A DNA stretch of 64,000 bases, from assembly GCF_037042905.1 (NCBI RefSeq), contig NC_087261.1, forward strand, positions 23,808,001-23,872,000. Reading direction: 5' to 3'. A program made the position numbers and the translations under genes. Source of the stretch: Lytechinus pictus (lineage: Eukaryota). This document shows positions 1 to 11,070 of this stretch, one piece after another (position 1 is the first letter of the stretch; each line of letters begins with the position of its first letter). A model generated the notes under the pieces. The model was not told the origin of the DNA. It saw only the letters and a list, made by a program, of their open reading frames with translations, and ran no database searches.

Positions 1-2950
1 TTGTGTCTTTGATAATAATGACGTAAACTTGTCCTTTGAAAATTTTATGAACATTTTTAATTTACACTTTGACACTCATATTCCAAAACTTAGAGATAAG
101 ACATCTAACTACAAAAAATCACCGAAGCTCCCATGGATTTCCAAATCGCTCTTGCGTTCGATAAATAGGAAGAATAATTTGTATTATAAACATAAAATGA
201 AACGCTCTGAGCAATCCAAACTTAAATATACTTCTTACAAAAATACATTGACAAAAATTATACGTTTAGAAAAGAAAAGATATTTTACTAACCAGTTACA
301 ACTTTACAAGCGTGATATGCAAAATACTTGGAAAGTTTTAAAACAAGCAATGAATATATCAAATAACAAATCTAATATTACAAAAATTAGATCTGGCGAT
401 GTTATTTTTGAAGATTCCCACCAAATTTGTAGTATCCTGAATAATCATTTTTCTTCAATTGGGGAAAATCTTGCAAGTAATATTCCTCCCGCAACAAAAC
501 ACTTTTCTGAATTTTTAGGCCCACCAAATTCTAGTTCAATGTTTCTCGCTCCAACGTATAATCAGGAGATAATTAATATTGTCTCTGATTTTAGTTCTAA
601 AAAAAGTACAGGACATGATGACATCAATAATTTTCTTCTTAAGGGGGTAATATCGTCAATTGCGGATCCCCTAACTCATATTTTCAATCTGTCACTTCTT
701 AACGGCATTGTCCCCGAGAGCATGAAAATTGCAAAAGTCATTCCCTTGTTTAAAAAGGGTGATAAATTAGATGTTAATAATTATCGCCCTATTTCTTTGT
801 TATCTACATTGTCGAAAATACTTGAAAAGATTATTTATAAAAGAACTGTAAATTTTTTCAAATCAAATAATATTCTTTCAAATTCCCAATTTGGATTTAG
901 GGAAAAGCATAGCACCACACATGCTTTATTGAGTTTCATTGAAAAAGCGGCACATTCAATCGATAAATCTTCTCATTTAATTGGTTTGTTCCTGGACTTC
1001 TCCAAGGCCTTCGACACCATTAATCATGATATTTTACTTAACAAATTACATCATTATGGAGTGCGTGGGAAGGCCTTGGAGTGGTTCAGGAGCTACCTCT
1101 TGAATAGGAAGCAATATGTCTTTTTAAACGGTTGCAATTCTCAAATGAAAAAAAATAATTGTGGAGTTCCCCAGGGTAGTATCTTAGGCCCGATTTTGTT
1201 TATAGTTTATATTAATGATTTTTGTAGATCATCAGACGTTCTTTCTTTCATTCTCTTTGCGGACGACTCTAACTTATTTTTTTCACATAAAAATCCTCTT
1301 CACCTTGCTAATATAATCAACTCTGAACTAGAAAATGTTACCGAATGGATAAGAGCAAATAAATTGTCACTAAATCTTCAAAAAACAAAATACATGTTGT
1401 TTAGCAACTCCATAAATACACTTCCTGTTGATATTATTTTGGATGGAACTCCCTTGGAAAATGTATCCCATATTAAGTTTCTTGGAATAACAGTCGATAA
1501 TAAGCTCTCATGGAAATTTCACATAGATAACATATGTAAAACTATTTCACGCAACATTGGTATAATTAACAAGCTTAAATTTTGTTTACCATTATCGTCC
1601 CTGCTTACATTATATTCATCCCTTATATTGCCTTATTTAAATTATGGAATTTTAGCGTGGGGTAACACACAACAAACACTCTTAGACAAATTACTCCTAT
1701 TACAAAAGAAGTCTCTACGTATTATATGTCACACGGCATATTTGTCTCATACTGACCCATTATTTTTTGAACATAGAATATTGAAAATTAAGGACTTATA
1801 TTTGTTTAATCTCGGTCAATTTATGTATAACTATAACAACAACAACCTCCCAAATGTATTCAATTCAATGTTTCCAAAAAATCAATCCATTCACAACTAT
1901 CCAACAAGGCGATTGGGTGAATTTCATTTACCACTTTTAAGAACTTTGCGGGCTCAGAACACATTTATATACGATGGACCGAAGTTATGGAACTCACTTC
2001 ATAATGATATAACAAATGCAAAATCTTTGAACTCTTTTAAGACTAAATTCAAATTATCTCTATTAAAACCTTATAATATACTCCCAAATTAATTTTAATT
2101 CATCATTTCTGTCAAGTCATCATCATTATTATGTCAAGTCATCATCATTATTACTTTAAACTAAAATTAAAACATAAAATTATTATCCTTTTTTTATTAA
2201 AAAAATCTGACACAAGTCCTTCTCAGATGTGCTCATTATTGTGTCTATCCTCTCCTCTATTTTCTCCTCTCCAGTCCGCTTATCCGCCTTCCTACCGGTT
2301 ATTTGTTTAACGGCATCAATCACATTTTTCGTGCATTATATTCTTTCCAGGTTATTTTATATATTTTTTCTCCTCTTATACACATCATTGAATCCAGTTT
2401 GCTTGAGTCCACGACGGCATGTGTTCTATCTACGTACAGCAGCACCCATCCATCTTCTCAGGGCATTCTCCCCCTTTTTCCCTTTTTTTTTTTTTCTTCT
2501 CAAGTTTTTCTGGGGGGGGGGTGGGAAGGGTAGATATTTTTAGGACGGGTTGTTTTGTCCTTCACCAAACTGTATATTTTTTATTACTTTGTATTTATTT
2601 TGTGAGTATTTCCCTCTCATTTATTCATTCTTTTCTCATTTGATTATCTGTATTTATACTTTGTCATTTTGTTATTTGTTGTGTTATCTATTTCTTGAGG
2701 GGCCCACATTGTACAAGCATTGCTTTTTAGTGGGTCCCTCCATTTCCATCTTAATTTAATTTATATTGAAAAATAGTATATATATTTAAAACCTACAATG
2801 TGTTGCCCAAATCGTCTAAGTGTTTTTTTTTTTTTTTTTCACTACATATGTATAATTAATTTTGTTTGCAACGGATACAAATATTTATGTTTTATATATG
2901 GTATACAATTTGTTTTTGTTTGATGGAAGTGAAATAAATGAATTTGAATT
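1..2950 (+). mobile_element. CR1/L2-group (Crack/Daphne-like) non-LTR retrotransposon, 3' portion; 5' part outside window
   Basis: RT ORF 29-2092 is followed by a ~850-bp T-rich 3' UTR with a hairpin at 2697-2740, ending in AATAAATGAATTTGAATT (~2933-2950), a short-repeat tail typical of CR1/L2-group LINEs. Confidence 0.85.
29..2092 (+). CDS. LINE ORF2 reverse transcriptase (C-terminal ~690 aa; N-terminus probably upstream of window)
   Basis: Canonical non-LTR RT motifs NYRPISLL, QFGFR, FLDFSKAFDTINH, GVPQGSILGP, FADD, KFLG. The C-terminal HNYPTR...GPKLWNSL...SFK is typical of the CR1/L2 group. The frame is uninterrupted. Confidence 0.93.
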   Translation: MSFENFMNIFNLHFDTHIPKLRDKTSNYKKSPKLPWISKSLLRSINRKNNLYYKHKMKRSEQSKLKYTSYKNTLTKIIRLEKKRYFTNQLQLYKRDMQNTWKVLKQAMNISNNKSNITKIRSGDVIFEDSHQICSILNNHFSSIGENLASNIPPATKHFSEFLGPPNSSSMFLAPTYNQEIINIVSDFSSKKSTGHDDINNFLLKGVISSIADPLTHIFNLSLLNGIVPESMKIAKVIPLFKKGDKLDVNNYRPISLLSTLSKILEKIIYKRTVNFFKSNNILSNSQFGFREKHSTTHALLSFIEKAAHSIDKSSHLIGLFLDFSKAFDTINHDILLNKLHHYGVRGKALEWFRSYLLNRKQYVFLNGCNSQMKKNNCGVPQGSILGPILFIVYINDFCRSSDVLSFILFADDSNLFFSHKNPLHLANIINSELENVTEWIRANKLSLNLQKTKYMLFSNSINTLPVDIILDGTPLENVSHIKFLGITVDNKLSWKFHIDNICKTISRNIGIINKLKFCLPLSSLLTLYSSLILPYLNYGILAWGNTQQTLLDKLLLLQKKSLRIICHTAYLSHTDPLFFEHRILKIKDLYLFNLGQFMYNYNNNNLPNVFNSMFPKNQSIHNYPTRRLGEFHLPLLRTLRAQNTFIYDGPKLWNSLHNDITNAKSLNSFKTKFKLSLLKPYNILPN

Positions 2951-4093
2951 AATTTTTTTTCGCCAGTTTCTTTCTTCTTTTTTTGGTCTTTTGTTTTTCT
3001 GGCAAATAGCGTAGCAGAAAAGGATCCATATAAAGAAAAAAAAAAAGACAGGTTGACCTTATATATATATTTTTTTTTTTTTTGGGGGGGGGGCGCCTAC
3101 CCTGGTGAGAATCAACACCAAAATATTTGAAAAAAATGTATAAATAATTTGATTTAGATGCTACAATTTCAATAGATAAAAATAATTAACTTTCTCTCAT
3201 TGTGACGAACAGTAATCGGTAGCATGGTTATTTTGGAGGGAAAAGGGAGATAGAAAAATGAAACGTAGAACGAGACGAGGAGAGCGTTGGGAGGTATGAT
3301 TTCAGATCCACTATTTGAGTCACATTTACCCCCTTCACTCTTTGAAATTGCAACAGGAAAACAAATCGAAGACTGGTATGCAATCTTCAGGAACAAAATT
3401 ATTTTTTTATTACAAACTATAATTCATGAAAAGAAGAAACCAAAGGCGATTTTTAGTGAAACATTGAGGCCATCGTCTTATAGCCCAGAAGCCAAAAATC
3501 ACAAAATAGTTTCGGACTTTCGTTGCGCAGCATCATCATCGTACTTGTAAGGGAGTATTCACCTTTTTTTAAATTCATTCTGGAAAATAAAGGTATTTGG
3601 TATGCTGTGATTTCACCCAAAACGGATTATCGTCGTAATTATACACTTTGCAAATGATCTGTATACAAGGGGGTAAAGAGACCATTCATGATGTAGCGTG
3701 ACAATAGGCAATGAAAAAAAGCACCAGAGCAGACAACAAAGCGGTATCGATCGAACCCGACTTGTCCGCGCGTGCTGATTGCCCTTACGCATTTTGTACA
3801 CAGTGCCTATTGACTTGGGAAAAAGCGAAGATTTGACAAAATAACACGACTTTTTCCTCTTAAATTTCTTAACTATTCTGTTGATTTGAGAAGCGAGACC
3901 TTTAGTTTTAGAAAGAAAAATGTCTGTTCTTTCATCTTTACATTTACTAAAAATCCTGAAAATACTTCAGTTTGGCGCAATTAGCAATAGATTAGGAAAA
4001 CACCGCCACAGATCCAAATAGCAGCAATGTACAAAAACGGCTCCGCCGCAGGGAGAGGTATCCGGTTTCGCGGGCCCGCACGCAAAGGGTTAA
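2951..4093. mobile_element. Right terminal part of a piggyBac-like (TTAA) non-autonomous DNA element; left boundary uncertain
   Basis: Ends ...CGGGCCCGCACGCAAAGGG|TTAA (4089|4090-4093), i.e. TTAA-CCCTTT on the minus strand, the piggyBac terminal signature. It abruptly interrupts the L1/Tx1 3' UTR copy. No partner TIR was found in the window. Confidence 0.55.
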
Positions 4094-5414
4094 ATATATA
4101 TAATCTTTCACTCACCCACGCACCCTCACACACATACACGCACACAAAAACCCTCACGCACACACATCATACAACAGGTAGCACATCCGTTCTGGTCTGT
4201 CGATCTGTAACTTTGTATCATTGAGAAAAAAAAATAATAAAATAAAATAGAATACGATAAATGATAAGTCAAAGAAATGCACCAATTTGTTCCCATTTTC
4301 TTAAGTGTACTCCCAAATTCCCTGTTTTCTTGGCTATATTATATTCTTCTTTTCTGTAACCTTTAATCATATCTGTTGTTTTTTGTACGGACGGTGGTTC
4401 GCCCTTTTCTCTGGAAATAAAAATTATATGTTTTAGCAGAAAGATTATACAGTTTATTGCATGTATTCTCACACATTTACCAGATAGACCGATGAAAATT
4501 GTTTTCCAATCATCAATCCTAACTTCCTTTAAATGAAGCTTTTTGATGACCTCCTTCCATAACTGTTTAACCTTTAAACAATCTAAAAATAAATGTTGGT
4601 ATGTTTCTACCTGTTGTTTACAAAAAGAACAAAAATTGTCTGACTCAAAACCAAATTGGAAGAGCTTCTCTTTTGTATACACTACCCCATGTAATAGTTT
4701 GTACTGAAACTCCCTTTGTTTACTACATATAAAAGCATTCTTCAATCTTGTAAAGGTTTCTTTCAACTCCCCTATTCCAAGATCATATTCACAATGTCCA
4801 TCATAAACCTTTAGAGTGTACTCTTTTTGAAATTGCTCAATAAAGTAATTATATATATATCTGGCTTTTAAATCCATAAATTTATGTAGGTAACCAAAGA
4901 TCTTCAGTTCTATTTGAAAATTTTCACTATCTATAACTATAAAATCACTTTGTATCCATTCTTTTTTAATCACAGAAAAAATTCTTTGAATCATCAGCAG
5001 ATTATCAGCAGTGTAACCCCGGTTATGGAAATATGAGACTGGTCTTAGTTGACCTCCTACAATAATATCTGATGCTTGAAATATACCTTTCTGAAAGAGT
5101 TCAACATCAAAAAACGGTTTATTATGAAGACATATAAATCTGTTGTTAAAAATCACAGGATTGATCTTGTTTTCCTCAAAGTTTCTACATTGATCCAAAT
5201 CTTGCCATGCTTTCAACATATCTTTATAAAATATTTGTATACCTTGTAAGTCCATTTTATTTGCATCATAATTACAAAGAAATATACTCCGGCCTCCCAA
5301 TGATCTAAAAAAGTAGTCAAAGGTTACTTTCCAACCTAAATATTTCTCACCGTACAGCAGCCTTTTAATCCACATAATTCTCTGAGTTTTAATGAAAACT
5401 TCAAAATTAGTTAT
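4094..5414 (-). mobile_element. 5'-truncated second copy of the L1/Tx1 element 3' end
   Basis: Near-identical to 5798-7115 (offset ~1702 bp). I saw only about 5 differences, including Q/P and Y/H codon changes. Confidence 0.93.
4269..5375 (-). pseudogene. Duplicated C-terminal 368 aa of L1/Tx1 ORF2 (zinc-knuckle region only, no RT core)
   Basis: Translation matches the last 368 aa of ORF 5971-9759 except at two residues. Contains CSFC...HLFLDC. Confidence 0.85.
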
Positions 5415-5970
5415 AATTTTTTTTTGTTTTGAATAATATTTTATTTTCTTCCTCTTTCAAATCAATAAGTTGACAATCACAATTCATATAAATAAAGATT
5501 CTTTGCATGTATACAATCAATAAACAATCAAACAAATAAATATATCAATATCAATGAGATTACAAATATTTTTAAAATGATTACAAATAAAATTAAACTG
5601 CCAAATTTCTCTTCTATGACAATGTGAAGCATTTTTTTTTTTATGTGAAAAAAAAAACTCTTATAACTCTTCCCCAAAAAGTACATAATATAGCATAAAA
5701 TTATTTCAATATTTTTTTTTTTATATATCAAAATTATGTCAAATCAAATAAACTACTTTTTTCATGAAACTCTATGCTCCTTTTAGAGGAAGATTACATA
5801 TATATAATCTTTCACACACCCACGCACCCTCACACACATACACGCACACAAAAACCCTCACGCACACACATCATACAACAGGTAGCACATCCGTTCTGGT
5901 CTGTCGATCTGTAACTTTGTATCATTGAAAAAAAAAAAAATAAATAAAATAGAATACGATAAATGATAAG

Positions 5971-8900
5971 TCAAAGAAATGCACCAATTTGTTCCCATTT
6001 TCTTAAGTGTACTCCCAAATTCCCTGTTTTCTTGGCTATATTATATTCTTCTTTTCTGTAACCTTTAATCATATCTGTTGTTTTTTGTACGGACGGTGGT
6101 TCGCCCTTTTCTCTGGAAATAAAAATTATATGTTTTAGCAGAAAGATTATACAGTTTATTGCATGTATTCTCACACATTTACCAGATAGACCGATGAAAA
6201 TTGTTTTCCAATCATCAATCCTAACTTCCTTTAAATGAAGCTTTTTGATGACCTCCTTCCATAACTGTTTAACCTTTAAACAATCTAAAAATAAATGTTG
6301 GTGTGTTTCTACCTGTTGTTTACAAAAAGAACAAAAATTGTCTGACTCAAAACCAAATTGGAAGAGCTTCTCTTTTGTATACACTACCCCATGTAATAGT
6401 TTGTACTGAAACTCCCTTTGTTTACTACATATAAAAGCATTCTTCAATCTTGTAAAGGTTTCTTTCAACTCCCCTATTCCAAGATCATATTCACAATGTC
6501 CATCATAAACCTTTAGAGTGTACTCTTTTTGAAATTGCTCAATAAAGTAATTATATATATATCTGGCTTTTAAATCCATAAATTTATGTAGGTAACCAAA
6601 GATCTTCAGTTCTATTTGAAAATTTTCACTATCTATAACTATAAAATCACTTTGTATCCATTCTTTTTTAATCACAGAAAAAATTCTTTGAATCATCAGC
6701 AGATTATCAGCAGTGTAACCCCGGTTATGGAAATATGAGACTGGTCTTAGTTGACCTCCTACAATAATATCTGATGCTTGAAATATACCTTTCTGAAAGA
6801 GTTCAACATCAAAAAACGGTTTATTATGAAGACATATAAATCTGTTGTTAAAAATCACAGGATTGATCTTGTTTTCCTCAAAGTTTCTACATTGATCCAA
6901 ATCTTGCCATGCTTTCAACATATCTTTATAAAATATTGGTATACCTTGTAAGTCCATTTTATTTGCATCATAATTACAAAGAAATATACTCCGGCCTCCC
7001 AATGATCTAAAAAAGTAGTCAAAGGTTACTTTCCAACCTAAATATTTCTCCCCGTACAGCAGCCTTTTAATCCACATAATTCTCTGAGTTTTAATGAAAA
7101 CTTCAAAATTAGTTACTTTGAGTCCCCCTGCACAATAATCTTGATATAGAATTTTCCGTTTTATTCTGTCATTTCCAGCCCAAATGAAATTAAAAGAAAT
7201 CTTTTCAATTTCTTTAAAGATATTTTGAGGAACTGAAATAAGAGAAGAAACATAATTTAATTTAGAAAATACATGCATTTTTAACAATCTAATTTTACCA
7301 AACATTGTCAGATCTCGTTGCCTCCACCATCCAATTAATCTTTTGATTTTACTCAAAATTTCTTTATAATTTAGGTCATCTTTTATTTTGGAGTCTCGTG
7401 AAAAATATACCCCTAAAATTTGTATATATTGCATTCTATGTCCAAACAGAGGTAAAACCGGCCTATCACATTCTTCCCCCAACCACATAAAATTTGTCTT
7501 ATCCATGTTTATTTTCAAACCACTCAATTTCTCAAACTCTCCGAAGACTTTCTTCACCCTATTAACTGAGTACGTGTCTTTTAGAAACAATGTACAATCA
7601 TCTGCGTACAATACTTGTTTTATTTTTCTTTCACCAAACCCAATCCCTTCAATACCCGGATCATTTCGAATAGAATTAGCAAGTAATTCAATAGCTATAA
7701 TAAATAAATAAGGAGAGAGGGGATCTCCTTGTCTTACTCCTCTTTTAACCTCAAAATATCCAGTTGAGTGTCCCCCATTCATCACACAGCTACTAACGTC
7801 ATTATAAAGAATTCTAACCCAAGAGCACAATACATTACCAAAACCAAAAGATTTCAATGCTTTAAATAGAAGTCTATGTGATATACAATCAAATGCTTTT
7901 TCGAAGTCTACAGCAATTACAAATCCTACTGGCTGATATAAGGATTGAAAGAATACATCGTCTATTAACCTCACTGCCTCTCCAATATTCCTATCTTTAA
8001 CATACCCTACTTGGTCATAATGAATAATGTCCCCTAGTACCTCTTTTACCCTTTTAGCTAAAACTTTTGACAATATTTTGTAGTCTACATTAAGAAGTGT
8101 TATTGGTCTGTAGTTTTTCATATATAAATGATCTTTTCCATCCTTTTCTATTAGGGTAATTACTCCCTGTCTCTGCGAGTTTGATAACATTTCTGTATCA
8201 AAACTTTCATTAAATGCTTCAACAATAAATTTCCCTAAAATTGGCCAAAACGTAAAATAGAATTCAGCTGTAAAACCATCATTACCTGGTGACTTATTCC
8301 ATTTCATTTCCTTTACCGCTTGATAGCATTCTTCAAATGATATTGGCCCTTCACAAAAATCCTTATTTTCTTCACTCAACTTGGGCAATTCATTAAAAAA
8401 CATATTGTCAATATCTTCTGCACTATCACTATTTTTGTATTCATATAAATGCGCATAAAACTTCTTAATAGTGGTTAAAATATCTTTGCTATCACACAAA
8501 ATTTCCCCGTTTTCACTGTATATCTCCTTAATCACGCTTTTCCTTTTATTTGATTTCAATAATTGTTCAAAAAAAGCTGAATTCCTTTCACCTTCTTCGG
8601 ACCATTCCACCCTCGATCTCACCTTTAATCCTTGACGAGAGTAATCGAAGAGCTGCTCTAATTCACTTTTTTTCGATTCGATTTCATCTTGAATTCCATT
8701 GTGAAAATTAGTAACCAAATGATGTTCTAAATCTTTAATATCCTTTTCTAATTTTTCAACCTTTGTTTTTCTAATTGCTGCTTTTTTACGAGAGAATTTC
8801 ATAATATATTCTCTAAGTTTCATTTTCATAAAATCCCAAAATTTAATTTTACTATTTATTTGGTCTCGCCAGGTTCCCTCTATTTCAGAAACCTCCATTT

Positions 8901-9759
8901 TTATCCCTTCTACAAATTCTTTATCATTACATAAGCTGCTATTGAACTTCCAATATGATTTCCCATAAATAAAACTCTCAACCAAGTTGCTAAATTCTAC
9001 ACAGACCCCAGCGTGATCAGGTGTAATAGATGGTAAGATGTCAGATTTTTTTACAAGCTTCTCTAATTTCGAAGAGATGAAAATGTAATCTAATCTACTC
9101 TGAACAAATGGCTGTTTCTGTCTAAAAGTAAATTCTTTTTTATTTGGATGACGCTTACGCCAAACATCAATCAAGTCTAGCTTATCAAGAAAATCACCTA
9201 ATAAATCTTTGTATTTATTTTTTGAAACATTTCTCGCACCCATGTAATCTAAGTCATGGTCTATACTTAAATTGAAATCTCCCCCAATTATCAGAGAGCA
9301 TTCTTCACTAAATACAGATGAAATTATTTTGTCCAAATCAGAAAGAAAATCACATTGGGCCTTTCCTTTATCTCCTGTTGGAAAATATACACTTCCTAGT
9401 ATCAACTTTTCACTTTGACATGTACCTTTTATTATAATATATCTTCCGCCTTTGTCTATTAAAACTTTTTCTATCACAAAATCAACATTCGATTTAAACA
9501 TGAGAATAGTTCCCCTACTGTGATTACTCCCGTGACTAAAATACATCTCCCCTTCCCAATCAGCCTTCCAACTATTTTCAATATCTTGTGTGCTAAATGT
9601 TTCCTGTAAAAATACTACATTTCCTGACCTTTTGCACCATTGAAAAATTTTCTTTCTTTTTACTTTATCTCTTAGCCCTCTTACATTGACTGTGAGTATT
9701 TTTAAATTACCCCTCATTGGTGAAGAGATGCCACAGTGATAGGACACGAAATGGTGCAT
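5971..9759 (-). CDS. L1/Tx1 ORF2: AP endonuclease + reverse transcriptase + C-terminal CCHC (zf-RVT-like) domain, 1262 aa (alternative ATG at 9717)
   Basis: APE motifs TVNVRGL, FLQET, GGDFN, SRLDYIF, PDH. Tx1-type linker YWKFNSSL and EGERNSAFF. RT motifs KSPGNDG, YRPITLLNVDYK, DFEKAFD, GVRQGDPLSP, YADD. C-terminal CSFC..HLFLDC. No stops or frameshifts. Confidence 0.96.
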   Translation of the reverse strand: MHHFVSYHCGISSPMRGNLKILTVNVRGLRDKVKRKKIFQWCKRSGNVVFLQETFSTQDIENSWKADWEGEMYFSHGSNHSRGTILMFKSNVDFVIEKVLIDKGGRYIIIKGTCQSEKLILGSVYFPTGDKGKAQCDFLSDLDKIISSVFSEECSLIIGGDFNLSIDHDLDYMGARNVSKNKYKDLLGDFLDKLDLIDVWRKRHPNKKEFTFRQKQPFVQSRLDYIFISSKLEKLVKKSDILPSITPDHAGVCVEFSNLVESFIYGKSYWKFNSSLCNDKEFVEGIKMEVSEIEGTWRDQINSKIKFWDFMKMKLREYIMKFSRKKAAIRKTKVEKLEKDIKDLEHHLVTNFHNGIQDEIESKKSELEQLFDYSRQGLKVRSRVEWSEEGERNSAFFEQLLKSNKRKSVIKEIYSENGEILCDSKDILTTIKKFYAHLYEYKNSDSAEDIDNMFFNELPKLSEENKDFCEGPISFEECYQAVKEMKWNKSPGNDGFTAEFYFTFWPILGKFIVEAFNESFDTEMLSNSQRQGVITLIEKDGKDHLYMKNYRPITLLNVDYKILSKVLAKRVKEVLGDIIHYDQVGYVKDRNIGEAVRLIDDVFFQSLYQPVGFVIAVDFEKAFDCISHRLLFKALKSFGFGNVLCSWVRILYNDVSSCVMNGGHSTGYFEVKRGVRQGDPLSPYLFIIAIELLANSIRNDPGIEGIGFGERKIKQVLYADDCTLFLKDTYSVNRVKKVFGEFEKLSGLKINMDKTNFMWLGEECDRPVLPLFGHRMQYIQILGVYFSRDSKIKDDLNYKEILSKIKRLIGWWRQRDLTMFGKIRLLKMHVFSKLNYVSSLISVPQNIFKEIEKISFNFIWAGNDRIKRKILYQDYCAGGLKVTNFEVFIKTQRIMWIKRLLYGEKYLGWKVTFDYFFRSLGGRSIFLCNYDANKMDLQGIPIFYKDMLKAWQDLDQCRNFEENKINPVIFNNRFICLHNKPFFDVELFQKGIFQASDIIVGGQLRPVSYFHNRGYTADNLLMIQRIFSVIKKEWIQSDFIVIDSENFQIELKIFGYLHKFMDLKARYIYNYFIEQFQKEYTLKVYDGHCEYDLGIGELKETFTRLKNAFICSKQREFQYKLLHGVVYTKEKLFQFGFESDNFCSFCKQQVETHQHLFLDCLKVKQLWKEVIKKLHLKEVRIDDWKTIFIGLSGKCVRIHAINCIIFLLKHIIFISREKGEPPSVQKTTDMIKGYRKEEYNIAKKTGNLGVHLRKWEQIGAFL

Positions 9760-9894
9760 TCCCTACTTCAGAAATAAGAGCTTTTAAGTAAAGTTGAAAA
9801 TAATACAAGTACAGACAGACACAGAAACTTCCAATTACACACATAGCACCCCACTCATTCACATCCACACCAGAACTGGAAAACATACCACCTA

Positions 9895-11070
9895 AAGCCC
9901 CTTTCACAATTGACGTACGACCATTTGCGACCTTTTGGTCGTGCGACAGGCTGCAACAGGCATCAATCGCCAGTCATCTCATAAGATCGCACAGAGGCTT
10001 TCACAGTTGCAACAGCTGTCGTACAACAAAAACAACCAGTAAAACCCGTTGCACGAGTAAGTCGCTTATGATCCTATTGTGCTCGTGCGATCACATGTGA
10101 GTGTTGCACGAGGGATTGCGAGGGGAACGATCGCATACAACGGTAGTGCAATGTTGTAAGCCGTTGCGATCGGTCTTGCAACAGTCTTATGGCCCATCAT
10201 ATTATCGCACCCAGTCGCAAGACAGGTCTCTGTACATGTAGGTCACTAGCACATGTGCAAGTGTTGTAAGACCTCCAGTCGAGTAAATGCGACTACTTAG
10301 TTGTGAACCTCTCGCACCAAGTCGTGCAACGTTGAACAACACTCGTACGATGATCGCCCGACCGATGGTACGACCCTGGATACGAGCTGATGCGAGTGAA
10401 TCGATCGTATTTGATCTCGTTTGGATTTTGAACATGTTCAAAGTTCAGATGTGACCAGTCACGACCACCTCGAGTTCGTGCAACCGTCTACAACGACTGC
10501 GAGTGCTCGCAAGTCACCAAGAGATCGATCGTGCAACAGCAGGAAAAAACTGTTGCAGGCGGTCGTAAACTGGTCGGATGTCAATTGTGAAAGGGGCTGT
10601 TCGGTCGCATACATGCGAATGCAACGGTAGTGGAATGTTGTAAGACGTAATTTCGATCGGTCTTGCAACAGTCTTATATTATCGCAACCAGTCGCAAGAC
10701 TGGTCTCTGTAGGTCTCTAGCACATGTGCAAGTGTTGTACGACCTCCAGTCGACTAAATGCGACTATACATAGTTGTGTCACCTCTCGCATCAAGTCGTA
10801 CAACGTTGAACAACACTCACACGATGATCGCCCGACCGATGGTACGACCTGATGCGAGTAAATCAATCGTATTTGATCGCGTTTGGATTTTGAACATGTT
10901 CAAATTCAGATGCGACCAGTCACGACCACCTCCGACCAACTCAAATTCGTGCGTTCGTCTACAACCACTGCGAGTGCTCGTAAGACACCAAGAGATCGAT
11001 CGTGCAACAACAAGAAAAAACTGTTGCAGGCGGTCGTAAACAGGTCGTACGTCAATTGTGAAAGGGGCTT
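9895..11070. mobile_element. Non-autonomous DNA transposon (MITE) with perfect 28-bp TIRs, TA-flanked, inserted in the L1/Tx1 inter-ORF spacer
   Basis: AAGCCCCTTTCACAATTGACGTACGACC at 9895 and its exact reverse complement ending at 11070. TA lies on both sides (9893-9894, 11071-11072). The element has an internal ~470-bp tandem duplication. Confidence 0.88.
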
